DNA from: Selaginella moellendorffii
Taxonomy: Eukaryota; Plantae; Lycopodiophyta
Direction: 5' to 3'
Length of the DNA: 64,000 nt
Assembly: GCF_000143415.4 (NCBI RefSeq)
Contig: NW_003314315.1
Location: 1,301,514-1,365,513 of the forward strand
Every line of letters begins with the position of its first letter. Positions within the stretch are counted from its first letter, which is position 1. Under the pieces are notes generated by a model. The model made no database searches, was not told the origin of the DNA, and saw only the letters and a program-made list of their open reading frames with translations. Made by a program: the position numbers and the translations under genes. Below, in pieces: positions 28,901-43,229 of the stretch.

Positions 28901-30204
28901 TAAGTTTTTAGTTTTATCTAACAAGCACCATTCTAAAGCAGATCATCAATCTAAATTTTTATAAGGTGAATTAACAAGATGAATGTATTGTGGAAAAACA
29001 AAAGACAACTAACTATCATAAAAGATCATCAATCATCCCATCAATGAAGAGATGTATAATCATTGTTGAAGAAAGAATCAACCATTTTACATTTGAATGT
29101 CAACATAGTTGTTAACTAGCAAATGCACAAATGCCAATAACACAAAACTACAACTAAATCATCAACACTCTTCATCAAGACTAATGAAACTCAATATCAA
29201 TTTTAAGGAGAGACATTTCATTTCATTCGAATCTTAACATCAATATTGTCAACGACAGGGCATCACTTCAATGCCATCAACATTAGAACAAAACTAAAAG
29301 AAAGAAAGAGTGAATCACCACTCAAAACTCTCTAACAACTAAGCTAACTAAAGTCAAAAACACTTTAGTTAGTATTCAAAATGAATTCTTCAACAATCCT
29401 CAATTATAGATAACACATCATCAAGGAGTGAATCACCACATCCAAAACTCAATATAATCCAACACTATAAATTAAATACAATCAAATGATATTAACAAAG
29501 ATAGAGTCAATATGCCAACATAGAGAAACCATACAAGCCTACGACACAATCCTCCATAACACCATTTAGTAAAGCAAGCCTATCATTGATAAATTTTCAT
29601 TGAGCGAAGCAAGTGTTAAAAGTCCTCGACGAAGTCTAAAAGCAATCACTAGTCGTAAAGCAACTAACAACTGCCTTTTAACTTGCTTTCATAAAACCCA
29701 AACACTAAACTCATATCATCAAGTCATATACTTGTCTAACATAAATGTAATACCCTAGGTACAAGATAAAGGTTCATGGACAAGCATAAACCTCGAATCC
29801 AACTCAACTACAATAAGCTCACTAATGCGTTTAATTAATAGCTTTAAGCATGCCTTGAAGAGGCTAGCTATGCATAATTAACACTTAGTCAAAACTAAAG
29901 TGAAGACTATAAGATGGACTTATATTCCTCATAGACAAAGCTATAGTACTGGTGTTAACTGTGAGACACAAATCCCTAAGCCTTAAAAAGGAGCCGAAAG
30001 GGTGCCACATGGTAGTGGCTGAAGCGAAAGCTAAACAAGCATAATATACTTGGACTAAAAGTGCCAACTTGAAAAGTTGAGAGCAGAAGTGGAACTCCCA
30101 ACAAAGGGCTTGAGGAACAAGCATAAAGCGAATAATAAGTGAGTCTCTAGAAAAGGGAGACAAAAGGACTAACCCATGATATGTGGAAGTGTTGAGATAA
30201 AGGC

Positions 30205-30550
30205 TAACTGAGATGGAGTTCGAGATGGAGTTTGAGATGGACCTAAAATGGAGTCTGAGATGGAGTCCAAGATGGAGTCTGAGATGGACCTGAGATGGAG
30301 TCCGAGATGGAGTCCGAGATGAACCTAAGATGAAGTCTGAGATGGACCCAAGATGAAGTCTGAGATGGAGTCCGAGATGGAGTCTGAGATGGACATAAGA
30401 TGGAGTTTGAGACGAACCTGAGAGGGAGTCCGAGACCGAGACCGAGTCTCCAAGACCAAGTCCGAGTCCGAAACCATGTCCAAGTCCGAAACCATGTCCG
30501 AGTCCGAAACTGAGATCGAGACTGAGTCTGAGTCCGAGTCCGAGTCTGAA
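30205..30550 (+). repeat. Minisatellite in 5' LTR: (GAGATGGAGTCC/GAGATGGACCT)n then (GAGACC/GAGTCC)n
   Basis: Directly visible tandem 11-12 bp and 6 bp units. Confidence 0.9.
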
Positions 30551-33500
30551 TACTGATACAGGCAGTTGGGTGAAAGCCCAAAGTGATCGTCCCCCAGGGG
30601 GGGGGGGCGGCTGCGGGGGGTTCCAAAAGTATAGTAGGGAGAGTGTGGGGGTTGGAGCCCAGTGGAGCCAGTTTGGCCCAGGAAGGTCATACCCAGTGTT
30701 GGGTGATGAGCTGACCACTGGGAAGTCCAAGACTAGAGTGAATACGGACCGACAAGCGGGGTAGCTTGGTGAAGTATTCAAGAGACGGCTCAACGGAACC
30801 TCGCTCTAAGCCCATGGCTAGAGCACCCAAAGGCGGAAGGCGGGGAGAGTACCCCCGAGGCCCGCGTAGGGCCACGGTGTTCCGAAATGGTGTCCCAAAG
30901 TCGCAGACTGTGGAAAGGAAGAGGAGTAGCCCTCTGGTGTGGTGACCAAGGACACAGTCACATGGTGAGGAAATCCAGAGGATAGTGGGACTTAGTGGTC
31001 GGGCCGTTAGGCCTTGATCTAGTGGCAGTGTTGGCAAACACAACCAAGGACAGAAAGGGACTTGGTGGGGACCGGAACGGAGATATTGGGGAAGGCTATT
31101 CCCCATGTCTGTAGGCATCCTAAGGATGTTAAGGAGTGGATCTGGGATGATCACTCATGGATGGATGACCCAGTCTTTGAAAGACGGGATTGGAATGTAG
31201 GTGGTGTTGGACCACTAGTGTGACCAAGGTAAATGGGCATGGCCTTAGCGTAATGGGTCGATACGTCAGTGGTACCTTGGGGTGTTGATCATGGGATCGG
31301 ACACGTGGAGCACCTGGACCAAGTGCTAAAGTTGAGTGGCATAGATGCCATTCTCAGGGCTAGCAAGCCCCAAGTCCTGAATGGGACTTATGGAAGTTGT
31401 GAATGAGACTCCTCCAAGTGGTCGGAGGTGCGGTTAAATGACTAAAGTAGAATGGAAACTTTAGTCGCTTACAACTTGGTATCGGAGCTGTTCCTTAGTC
31501 CGACTTTTATTGGTGGCCAAGTATATCACCACTTGTATTGGAATTGAAAGGTCCTAGGTGTGGACCTATCCTTGAAGAGTAGCATGTCGAGAGGACATGG
31601 CTCTCCACTCAAGTTCATGCATGAACTTGTGCATAATGTGGTGGATGGAAAAGGGCCAGTAAGGGAACGACTTTGGGATCTTGGGAACAGTATAAGGGTT
31701 TCCTCAGAGAGTTGAGGATGTGATCCGGATGAGCATTTGATGCAGCAAATGGGCTAATGTAGTTGTGGTAAACAACTATAGTTGGGATCACAGGAAAGAG
31801 GTAGACTCCAAAAAAATAAAGGAGTCACAAGATTACCCTTATGTGGTTGAGGCTGGTGCTCATAAGTTTGAGACCAGAATTGATGACTGTGGGAAGTCAA
31901 ATACGGAAGAGGACACAAGTCCTTGAAATGGTAGCCGGGGCTACTTCTAATAAATGCTGGAACAACCCAAGGAGTTGGGGGTGTATTTAGAGGATGAGTT
32001 GGTATTTTCATCACATAGACAAGTAGTTCTAAGGGGCAAAAGGTTGCCCCCAGAGAACGAAATCGAGTGTTAGAATAACACTCATGATGGTGGTCCTGGT
32101 GAGTAGGACATGAATACAAGAAGTTGTATTCCAATGAGCTAGCATCTCAAAAGTAAGACCTTATAGGTCGGGTGATTAGGAAAAGTCCAAAAGGCTGAAT
32201 GACTTAAGTGGAGTCAAGGAATAGTCCTAAAGGACTAATGGAAACATTTGGACTGAGGTGTGTTGTGCCCCACGAAGGATGGGGAGGATCATAAAATCCA
32301 AGTATGAGAACGGTGGGTATCTCATAGGTGGCAGAATGTGCCATATTAAAGTCGTGGGAAAGGTGTTCCCAGAAGAAGCAACTTTGGTGCAGAGTTGTGT
32401 GTGAACACTATGGTGTAGTGCTAACAGATAGTTGGCATAAGAAATGATTGGGTTGGTCTTGGCAAAGACCTAGACACAAGTGCAAAGTGTCATAAAGGTA
32501 GACTCATGGAGTCGATGGTGTGGGGACACCAAATGGGCCAAGGTGTGATACCTTGGGATTATGTTGATGGGTTCATGAGAACCCCTTGCCAAAGGAATTC
32601 TAATGGAAATGGGAATGGCATAGCCTAAGCTGGAAGGCATGAGGTAGAGTGTGGTGACCCGGATAATGATGGATTTGTGCAAGCACCAGCAATGAGTTGT
32701 AGGACTTGGCAACTATAAGGCAACTAAGCAAGAGGTGCAGGTAATTGGTTAAACAGGTAGAAGGTAGCTATCCAAGACTTCTTAATGGCATAAAGAAGTT
32801 AAATATACCCTTATCGGGGATAAGTTGCTTATGTTGTGATAGAGTAGGTCAATGTCGTAAAAGGAAATGCTCATTGTCAATGAGGCCATTATTGGGACAC
32901 TCAAACACTCTAGAACACCAAGAGGTGTTGTTTAGTGTTGCTAAAAGCAATAGATAAGGCCCAAGGGATAAAGTCCTTAGCGAATGATGGATAGAAGGTG
33001 CTATCCAAATGTCCAAGGTTGCAGAGATGGGAGAAATCTCTCTACCTGAATTGGACAAAGTCAAAAAGGGATTTTGGCAGGGCTAATGATGGGCATAGAA
33101 AGGCCCATAAGTAACAACGGTAATCCCAGCAGGTGGGATTACAAGGTGAGCAAACCCGGATCGAGGAACCACTCCCTAGGCTGTCGGGTAGGTTCATCCC
33201 TATGAATACTTGCCAAAGCATGGTAGAAAGTGCAAAGCTATCTTCCTAATTTGGAGGAGAATAACCGAAGAAAAGGTGTGAGGCCAAAGGCAAGAAGTAA
33301 AGGGATAGAACCAAACCATAGGAATTGACAAGCATGACCAAAGGTGGTTATGCAAGTTGGGAGTGGAGAATCAAGTGGGTGCTCAAGCATGTTGTTACTA
33401 GCGATCGAGATGCCATGGAGAGTCTAAAGCATGGGATTGTCCATGTTAGACTATATGGTAATTGGAAAGCTTGTGAAAATGAGAGACCTTAGCAAGCTAA

Positions 33501-35759
33501 GGAACAGAGTTCCTTGAACGTTCCCCTAGGTAGATAAATACCTAGTCAGCCAAGTGTAAATGGTTCATAGAACGGGCAAAATCAGAATGGCGTAGCAGAA
33601 GCGTGGTCTTGAAGCTTGCTAGGAGGCAAAGCTATCAAGGCTGGGGAAGTAGTTCCCGAGTGTTCAAAGAGAGGGCTTTGAATGAAAGTCGATGGTTAAG
33701 GACTTTCACGCTTATGCATGAACCATGTTACAGTGGCCGGATGACTTGCTAAGTGAGATTGGCAAGTTGGGGGAATGAATACCCTACTTGAAGGAGCCAA
33801 CTTCAAAGGGGTGGCTCGTGGGGCCGAGTATGGAGGAGTCCATGCATGATCACAGACATGTCGAGTGAGAGGACTTGGTAGTGGGGAGGAACTAGGTTCC
33901 TAAGCTGTGATCTGTAGCGCGCTTTAAATAAAAGTTGGTGCACCGGCGTGGGGAGTCATGCCATGCATCCTGCGTGATGCCATCCGTAGATGCATATACA
34001 GAGGTTGGGTTCGAGTCCTGACCCTCTAGTGCTTGGGTTTGAGTCCCAACTCACTAAGGCGTGGTGATGGTTTGGAATATGAGGACACTCATATTTCGGT
34101 GGTCATGGACTCTTAGTCGGGAGACTGGTTTGGGCACACCGCCAAGCGAAGGATGCCTCGGAGTCGTGATGCACGGTTAGATTGCTTAGTGTGAAAGCTC
34201 GGCATATCTAACTTGAGAACTTTGTTGCAAGTGGCACCAAGGACGTGGTGAATGAGATGGGGACACCTAGTCTCAATTGCTATGGACCCTTCGCCAGATG
34301 GGCTGGCTTGGGTGCACCGCCAAGTGTGGGGGATGCCCCCAGGGTCATGGTCAACAACTTAAAGGTCTAGAAGACCTAGTACCTTTTAGCAAACCTGTTA
34401 AGATGCCAAGGTTAGATCACTAGGTGATCTTATGGCCAAAACAAGGACAATGTCTTTGTGAGGTTAAAGGATAAAGTTCCAAGTTCAAAGTGTTGATTGG
34501 AACTATTGATGATGGTGTGGCTTGGTCAAGGTGACCAAGTGAGAAGGACACCTTAGGGAAATGAGATATGTCAATACGATGACATAGTGAGTCCGAGGAA
34601 AGTAGTCTCTATAAGAGACCCATGGGAGGGTCACAAAGTTGGGCCGTGGATAGAGCCTATAGCAGAAGATGCTAAAGATACCTACTAGGGGTGAACACCC
34701 TCCGGACTTGGCAAAGAAGAGTCTTTGCTATGGAACCGAAAGGATACTTCGAAAATGGAGGTAGCGATCCTATGTTGCTGAGTGCAACAATCAAGGATAG
34801 GAGCAAAATACTAGTGGCTAAGTAAAGAGCCATGGGAATCATGAGAAAGAATCCAAATGGCAAAGTTAGGCCAAGAACACTAAGGTGTTAGGTGCTAACG
34901 GATTGTGGGAAAGGCAATGTGTTCCCAAGGATGGATTCCCAATTGCTCTAATGTGGCGAAAGTGGAAGCTTCAAGGGTGGGAGCGGTAAGGTAGCCAAAT
35001 GATAGGGATGTGGACAGCCCTAGCACAAATTACGATAACTGGAACTTAGTGCTAAAGGTGGCACGATATCGAAGAGAGGATGATGGTGCCCCCAAGTAAA
35101 GAACTTCCTAGGATGGGGAAGTGGAGTTGCACCATGTGCAACGTAAGGTGTTGGAGACACCTAGGAAATCAACTTTGAGAAGTCAAAACTAAAAGTTCCA
35201 AAGTGCAAAGGTTACGTCGATGGAATTTGAGACTACTCGAGAATGAGTAGTGGAATTGAGTTAGAGAAGGTGTCTCTAATGGGTTTAGCGGGAACTGAAC
35301 CAATAAAAGGGAGCAAACTAGCCCAGGTGGTCAAATGAGTCTCTATATTGGAGAGACTATGCTCCTTAGAGGATGGATAAGGCATGGTGAGCCTTCGGTG
35401 TCAAACTATGGACAAATGTTGGCTGGGTGCCAAGGATGGAAATGGTAACACATGCGGGTGTTACTTTATGAAAGGGTTTACCGTTTGATGAGGACATTGA
35501 ACTTCGTCTATGGGTGGTGGAGTTGTGAGACACAAAATCCCTAGGCCCCAAAGTGGAGCCGAAAGGGTGCCATGTGGTAGTGGCTGAAGCGAAAGCCAAA
35601 CGAGCATAACACGTTTGGACTAAAAGCTCTGACTGGAAAAGGTCGAGAGTGGGAGTGGAACTCCCAACGAAGTGCTCAAGGAACGAGCACGAAGCGAGCA
35701 ATAAGTGAGGCTCCAAAAAGGGACCCCAAAAAGGACCAACACATGACATGTGGAAGTGT

Positions 35760-36290
35760 CTGAGATGGACCCAAGTTGGGGTCCGAAGTGGAGTCTGAAG
35801 TGGAGTCTGAAGTGGAGTCCAAGATGGACCCGAATTGGAGTCTGAAGTGAAGTCCGAAATGGAGTCCGAGATAGACCCGAGATGGACCCGAGATGGAGTC
35901 TGAGATGGAGTCTGACATAGACCTGAGATGGACCCGAAATGGAGTCCGAGATGGACCCGAGATGGACCTGAGATGGAGTCCGAGATGGACCCGAGATGGA
36001 GTCCGAGATGGACCTGAGATGGAGTCCGAGATGGAGTCCGACATAGACCTGAGATGGACCCGAAATGGAGTCCGAGATGGACCTGAGATGGACCCGAGAT
36101 GGAGTCCGAGATGGAGTCCGAGATGGAGTCTGAGATGGACCCGAGATGGAGTCCGAGATGGACCCGAGATGGAGTCCGAGATGGAATCGGGACCGAGACC
36201 AAGACTGAGACCGAGACCGAGATCGAGTCTGAGTCCGAAACCGGGACCGAGACTGAGTCCGAATCCGAGTTCGAGTCCGAGTCCGAATAC
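35760..36290 (+). repeat. Expanded copy of the same minisatellite in 3' LTR
   Basis: Same units, about 180 bp longer than in the 5' LTR. Confidence 0.9.
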
Positions 36291-37319
36291 TAATACAGGC
36301 AGTTGGGTGAAAGCCCAAAGCGATCATCCCCCAGGGGGGGGGGGGGGGCTGCAGGAGGTTCCAAAAGTATAGTAGGGAGAGTGTGGGGGTTGGAGCCCAG
36401 TGGAGCCAGTTTGGCCAGGAAGGGCCAGTTTGGCCCAGGAAGGTCATACCCAGTGTTGGGTGATGAGCTGACCACTGGGAAGTCCAAGACTAGAGTGAAT
36501 ACGGATTGACAAGCGGGGTAGCTTGGTGAAGTATTCAAGAGCCGGCTCTAGTTCCCCCGGGAGATCGAATGGTCGATGCTCCCAATCTAAGTGTGGGTGG
36601 CACTACCTACTTGGATACCAGGCGTGGCTCAACGGAACCTTGCTCTAAGCCCATGGCTAGGGCACCCAAAGGCGGAAGGCGGGGAGAGTACCCCCGAGGC
36701 CCGCGTAGGGCCATGGTGTTCTGAAATGGTGTCCCAAAGTCCCAAACTGTGGAAAGGAAGAGGAGTAGCCCTCTGGTGTGGTGACCAAGGACACAGTCAC
36801 ACAGTGAGGAAGTCCAGAGGATAGTGGGACTTAGTGGTTGGGCCGTTGGGCCTTGATCTAGTGGCAGTGTTGGCGAACACAGCCAAGGACAGAAAGGGAC
36901 TTGGTGGGGACCGGAACGGAGATATTGGGGAAGGCTATTCCCCATGTCTGTAGGCATCCTAAGGATGTTAAGGAGTGGATCTGGGATGATCACTCATGGA
37001 CGGATGACCTAGTCTTTGAGAGACGGGATTGGAATGCAGGTGGTGTTGGACCACCAGTGTGACCAAGGTAAATGGGCATGGCATTAGCGTAACGGGCCGA
37101 TACGTTAGTGGTACCTTGGGGTGTCGATCATGGGATCGGACACGTGGAGCACCTGGACCAAGTGCTAAAGTTGAGTGGCATAGATGCCATTCTCGGGGCT
37201 AGCAAGCCCCAAGTCCTGAATAGGACTTATGGAGGTTGTGAATGAGACTCCTCCAAGTGGTCGGAGGTGCGGTTAATTGACTAAAGTAGAATGGAAAATT
37301 TAATCGCTTACATACTAAA

Positions 37320-38090
37320 AGGGGGTTGCACTAGGCTCCATCAGGCTAAATTGGACCCTAGTGGAGCCAATTTGGCCTAGGAAGGCTGCACCCAAGTGTT
37401 GGGTGATGAGATAATCACTAGGAAGTCTTGGGGGGGGGGGGGAGGGGTTGCAGGAGGTTCCAAAAGTATAATAGGGAAAGTGTGTAGGGGTTAGACTCTA
37501 GTGGAACAGGAAAGACTAGTGTGACCACGAAATGCTATACTCATGTGTTGGGTGATGATATAACCATTAAAGAGTCCAAGGCTAGAGTGAATACGGATAG
37601 ACAAATAGGGTAGCTTGGTGAAGTGTTCAAGAGCCAACTCCCCAAGGGATCAAATGGTCAATACTCCCAATCCAAGTGTGGGTGGCACTACCTACTTGGA
37701 TACCTAGTGTGGCTCATTGGAACCTTGCTCTAACCCCATAGCTAGGGCAAGTAAAGGAAGAAGGTGCCCATGAGGCTCGTGTAGGGCCACGGTATTCCAA
37801 AATGTTGTCCCAAAGTCCTGTAGAGACCAAGGATACGGTTATATGGTGAGGAAGTCCCAGAGGTTAATGAGACATAGTGGTCCGGCTTGTGGGCCTTGAC
37901 CCAATGGTAGTATTGGTAAACATAGTTGTGGACAGAAAAAAACTTGGTAGGGACCAAAAAAGGATACTGGAGCAGTTGTTCCCCATGTTTGCAAGCATTC
38001 TAAGGATGTTAAAAAGTGGATTTGGGATGATCATTCATGGATAGATAGCTTAGTCTTTGAGAGATGGGACTTTGATGTTGGATCATTAGT
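37320..38090 (+). mobile_element. Older diverged partial LTR related to the 29960-37312 element
   Basis: Degenerate matches to LTR blocks (gtgttgggtgatgag, poly-G, ctagagtgaatacgga, gtgtgggtggcactacctacttggatacc, taaggatgtta). Confidence 0.7.
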
Positions 38091-38294
38091 TGTAAGGGAC
38101 TAAATTTTCCTGCCTCACCCTAAACCCGGCATGATACTGCGGCCCATAGTACACTGGCAAACCATGCTTGGCTAGGACAACATGCCACATGGGGCACCTG
38201 GGCCGCGGCGTCTTGCAAGGTAGGGCATAGCAGCCACAGCATCATGTTGCATGGCATGCCATCCTCACCTGTCTGCCTCGCATGGCATGCTGTG

Positions 38295-38394
38295 NNNNNN
38301 NNNNNNNNNNNNNNNNNNNNNNNNNNNNNNNNNNNNNNNNNNNNNNNNNNNNNNNNNNNNNNNNNNNNNNNNNNNNNNNNNNNNNNNNNNNNNN
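38295..38394. other. Assembly gap (100 N)
   Basis: Run of N. Confidence 1.
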
Positions 38395-38514
38395 CTAAAT
38401 TAGAATAATATCAAAATAATAAATATTATATTCCACTCTAAAAGAAAAATTAAGGAAGTAATCTATATATATAAAAACAAAGGGCCAGACCCCCACAGCC
38501 ATCCAATCCAAAAG

Positions 38515-41500
38515 TCCCCCCGACTTCTCCCGTGGCATCTTAACCTGTTGACAGAGCTCACATGATTTACAATACTTGAGGATATTAGCCTTCATATTCC
38601 TCCAATAAAAATTGCGCTTAATCAACTTATACATCTTCTTCCCCCCAAAATGATTGGGCTCTAAATGATCATGATAGTAGAATAAAACTTGAGTAATTAA
38701 CGCATCCACTTGTGGCAAATATACACAGCCATTGTAGTAGAGAATCCCATCCACCAATGAGAAAGGGGCTTCCATCTAGTCTTGCAAAGAGACCACCTTA
38801 GCATCTTGAGCCTGAGCACGCACAATCAACTGCCTAAACTTGCTAACCACCTTACTCAAATGATGATAAAATTGTGTTTGTAATGCTGTCACATGACAAA
38901 TACAAGATAAAGCATCTGCCACCACATTTGATTTTCCCAGACGATGCTCAATAGGAAACTCCCCAAACTCTCTGAGTTTAACCATCTAACAAGCTTGCCT
39001 AGTGTTCAACTCCTTTGTGTAAAAAGATGTACAAGTGGTTTGTGATCTGTCAACACCACAAACAGTGCACCATAAAGATACATCCACAAAGCATGAACAA
39101 TAAAGAGTAACTCTTGCTCATATGTGGAATAGCATTGCTCCGTGAGATTCAAAGTTTCACTCTCATATGCAATAGGCTATCCCTCTTGCATGAGAACTCC
39201 TCCCAATGCATAACCACTCGCATCACATGTCACCTTGTAAGGTTTCGATGGATCAGGAATACAAAGCACTAGAGCCTTGTTCAACAATTGTTTAAGTGCC
39301 ACAAAATTCTTCTCTTGTGGCGTCTTCCACTCGAATAGCACATTCTTGCATAATTACGTCAAAGGAATAGCCACCTCTGCAAACTTATGCTGGAAATGTC
39401 GGTATCAACTAGCCATTCTATGAAAGCTACGTAACTCGACCACTAAAGTTGGTGTAGGCCAATTCTCCACCACAGCCACCTTCCTTGGATCCTTTGCTCT
39501 TCTTTGCATAAAGTTTGTTGTCACGAAGTAACAAAAGAACCTTGCACAAATGCACCTTATACTCCTCCATATTTTTGCTGAAAACAAGAATATTATCCAA
39601 GAAAATCTCCACAAACTCATAAAGATAACGCCTAAATACCTCTGTCATCAACCTAGTAAATGTGGCTGGTGCATTCTTTAAACCAAACGGCATAACTGTA
39701 AACTCAAAATGCCCGAAGCTTGTGTTGAATGTTGTCTTGGAGATATATGCATCATCCATTGCAATCTGATGATATCCACTCCTCAAATCAATCTTGGTAA
39801 CACTCATGCTTCACCAAGCTTTTCTAAGATATCATTCACACACGGCATCGGCATCTTATCCTTCACTATCTTTTTGTTCAAGACATGGTAGTCAATACAC
39901 ATCCGCATTGAACTATCCTTCTTTTTCACAAGCAAGACTAGAGCACCAAATGGACTTACTTAGCTGAATAAATCCAAGCTCATGTAACTCTTTGACTTGT
40001 CGTTGAACTTCTTTTTCCTCCATATAACTTAACCGAAATGAACGCTAGTAAATTGGCCACGTCCTTGGCTTCAATATAATCCCATGCTCCACATCTCGCA
40101 ATGGAGGCAACCCATGAGGAAGTTCAGATGGAAAAACATCAAGAAACTTGTCGAGTATATCCCATATTGCTACTTCGCCCCTACATGTGCCTTGGTCCCC
40201 CAAGTCACAAACAAACAGTAAGTAACTCGAAAGTGCTTTTCTATTACGACAAGCCTGCTTCAAAGATGTTGTAGAGAGCATAACAACTAGAGGTTGAACT
40301 CCCTCTCCAAACCACACATCTTTAATGCCACCGTACTCCAGCGATACACGTTTAAAACTCCACTTTATCTCTAAATCCACCTTCACCAACCAAGGCATCC
40401 CAAGAATAAAATCCGCATGATGGATATTTGCAAGATAAAAAGTCTCCACAAGTATGGTTTTGCCAACCAACACTTCTAGCCCCTCTACACAAGTATCGAA
40501 ATGCTAAGCAAAGGTAGTTACACCTTCCACCATATATGGAAGAACTCCTCGTGTGACCAGGCCATGCTCCACAACAAACTTTGCTAAAACAAAGTTATCA
40601 TCGCTCCCACTATCTAGTAAAATCTGTACTAGACCGCCACAAAACACGCCCTCTAGCATTAAAGCTGATTCATGAGTATCCTCGAGTTGACAAGCAATGA
40701 TCAAAAGCCTTTTCCTTTGACCGGAATGGTTGTCCCCATCATCCTCATATTGTAAAGTTTGCAATTTTTTAGTTTCTGACTTACCGTCAGTAGAAGATTA
40801 GCCATTCTTCTTGCTCTGCTACTTGTTTTTCAGTTGTAAACAATCAACCTTGTAGTGTCTAAGCTCGCCGCAATGATGACAACCCTATCTATAATTCTTC
40901 ACAAAGAACTTCTACTTCTTTAACCCCTTTGCATCTTAAGTACAGACTTCAATTTGTGGTGCTTGTTCCCATCCTTGTGTCCACAGCGATCATCATAATG
41001 ATTCTCGATAGAATGACTTCACAAACGCTTGCAAGACTTGTGCTTGTCATTGTCAAGTCGACAAGCCGCATCAAAGACCTATTCCAAACTCTTTGTAGGC
41101 TAAGAATGACGCAAGTGTTGCTGCATGCTCTCACTATGAAAGCCATCAATGAAGTAAGATTTGTTTTTATCTGGATCCTTTATTGGAACACGGCTAATCA
41201 AGCAAGTAAGCTTCTCAATATAGTCCCCGAGTGTCATTTTCCCTTGCTGGAAATGTCAAAATTCTGTGTGAGCATTCTCCACATCGTAGTGAGAGGCAAA
41301 ATGTAAATGGAAAACAACTTCAAACTCATCCATGGTAGACACTGGATCTGCAACACGAGACTCCTCAAGCCAATTCCACCACCGAAGACCTGCATCACGC
41401 AAAACCATTGGAATAGCCACTAAAGCCTTTGCATCCAGAGTTCCCCTAGCAACCAAAAACTTCTTCACATTAGCTAGCCATCGTCCACACCACCATCACT

Positions 41501-42001
41501 GGAAAAGGTTGGAACCTTGAGTCGATCTACTAAGGAAAGCTTACTTGGAGCCTAGCCTTGAGTGCCTCAACACGCCCATGCATGGTATCCATCATACCAT
41601 GCATCTTGCCTTGCATCTTTTGCTAATTTCGATTAAGGGCTCGCAATTCATGAACAACATCTTGAATGGTCCAAATTTCTGCAGCTCCATTGGCACCATC
41701 TTCGGCACCACCATCGATAATAGGATTCCAGCATTCAGTTTGGTCAGCCATCACAACCAACTTCTTTGATACTAATGTTATGATCCGGTGCAAACAAATA
41801 GAGATCTAGTTGCTCTAGACTATGTTACGCCACCTCTTGGGGTCCTCACCACCCAACCACCCCCGAGCTACCTCAAAAGCTCCATTGCACTCCACTATGA
41901 GCCCTAGGGTAAGTTAAGTCTCTTACCTTAACATGCCTTGCTATACCTTTGAGCCTCCCTTTGACTGACATTGACCATGTGGTCAAAGCTGGTGCTTAAC
42001 A
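38515..42001 (-). mobile_element. Decayed Ty3/gypsy copy (same family as 45738-62991), cut off near the gap; 5' LTR 41776-42001
   Basis: Fragmented gag, protease [34 protein letters not shown], RNase H and integrase zinc finger, with many stops and frameshifts. LTR TGTTATGATCC...TAACA. Confidence 0.9.
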
Positions 42002-43229
42002 TCCGCTGCTTCACAAGGACTGCAAGAGCCCTAGCATCTTCTTGCTCATTGCGTTCCTGTGTTTGTCAGTGTTTTGCCATCAGGATCAAAACAAACCAGA
42101 TACCATGTAGATGTCTGGATTTTGTGTACGGAATGCTCTATTGACTTCATTGCTTTGGTATGGTTATGTACATAAAAGTATGGGTGTGACACTTTGGCAT
42201 TTGGTGTCTTGGAACTCAGCTTGTTTGCTGATGTGGAGACTTGCCATCACTCATCTCCACATCTCATTAAGGAACTTGAGGTGGCCATAGTGCAGTAAGT
42301 GTAACTCTTCGGTGCTGGAAGAGGTACATTTTCAGGGACAACAAGGACTGAGGCTGGTCTGGGATGGTTGGAGCAGACAGCTGCGGGTTCAGTGTTCATG
42401 TGGACGAGTACTTGGTTCTTGCAGCAGCCAAAAATTATTTTCAAGATCAACACCAGGCAAAGGGATTCCTGCCGAGTAGTTACCTGTAACGGCTGCTGTG
42501 CCTTAACCGTCAGGCCAGGGATTGTTCTTGCAGAACTTCTTAGCTTTATCGTTTGAGAGCATGTTGGAGATTTTCAGTGGTAAAATGGCAGACATGCCAC
42601 TTCTCAGACCACTGCTGCAGGCAAGCGGCTGCCCTCAAGGGGGTTTCAAGAGTTGGCCGCAAGGAAAGGTGAAGTCCTGAAAGACTTGATTGATGCATTT
42701 GTTTCTGCTGACGGCTATGATCCCGAAGTCTTTCTTGTGGACTTGGAAAGGGATGGTCCACTCTGCACGACATGGATCTCAGGAGACAACACTGCCGGTG
42801 CTGATACTGTGTGAGGCATTCGATACAAATTCAGTGAAGGGAATGGAGACATAGAGGTGCACGTGATGCACGTCTTGGAGCAGCACAAGTTTCCTAAGAA
42901 TGCATTGAGCTAGACCGATATGTTCTATACACTTGTGAAGACTGGTTTTCGTGAGGATACAGAAGCATACAAGTTGCTCTTGAGCATTCAGTTTATAAGG
43001 CTCTTGGTAATGCCGCCACAGCTGAAAGGAGATCAATGTCGATATTCCTGGGAGATGCATGCAGGAGGGAAAGTTTGTAGTCTTGGATGCAGAGAATGCT
43101 GCAGACCTGTTTGGCGATGAATCTGCTCTCAAATTCTTGAGGATGAAGTTCGGCCCCAGTGCCCTGCAGGATGAAGCTCGCAAGCGGAAATGGAACTTGC
43201 CACCACCATGTGTAAAGTGGTCCAAACGG

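Larger units (their letters stand above)
29960..37312 (+). mobile_element. Non-autonomous/decayed LTR retroelement with long LTRs (29960-31473 and 35524-37312)
   Basis: Both repeats start TGTGAGACAC and end CGCTTACA. PBS TGGTATCGGAGC at 31477-31488, purine tract GGGTGGTGGAG before 35524. The internal 4 kb has no long ORF and no TSD was seen. Confidence 0.85.

Noticed and set aside
33570-33610. QNGVAE-like peptide suggesting a copia integrase inside the 29960-37312 element
   Set aside because: A single short match flanked by stops, with no other integrase motif seen.
30205-36290. GAGATGGAGTCC arrays as a CRISPR array or as repetitive proteins (ORFs 29885-30793, 35366-36447)
   Set aside because: There are no unique spacers. 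These are stop-free minisatellites inside LTRs, which open several frames by chance.
38395-38514. AT-rich tail of ORF 38395-38775 next to the gap
   Set aside because: It departs abruptly from the gypsy sister copy at the contig end, so it is likely low-quality sequence.
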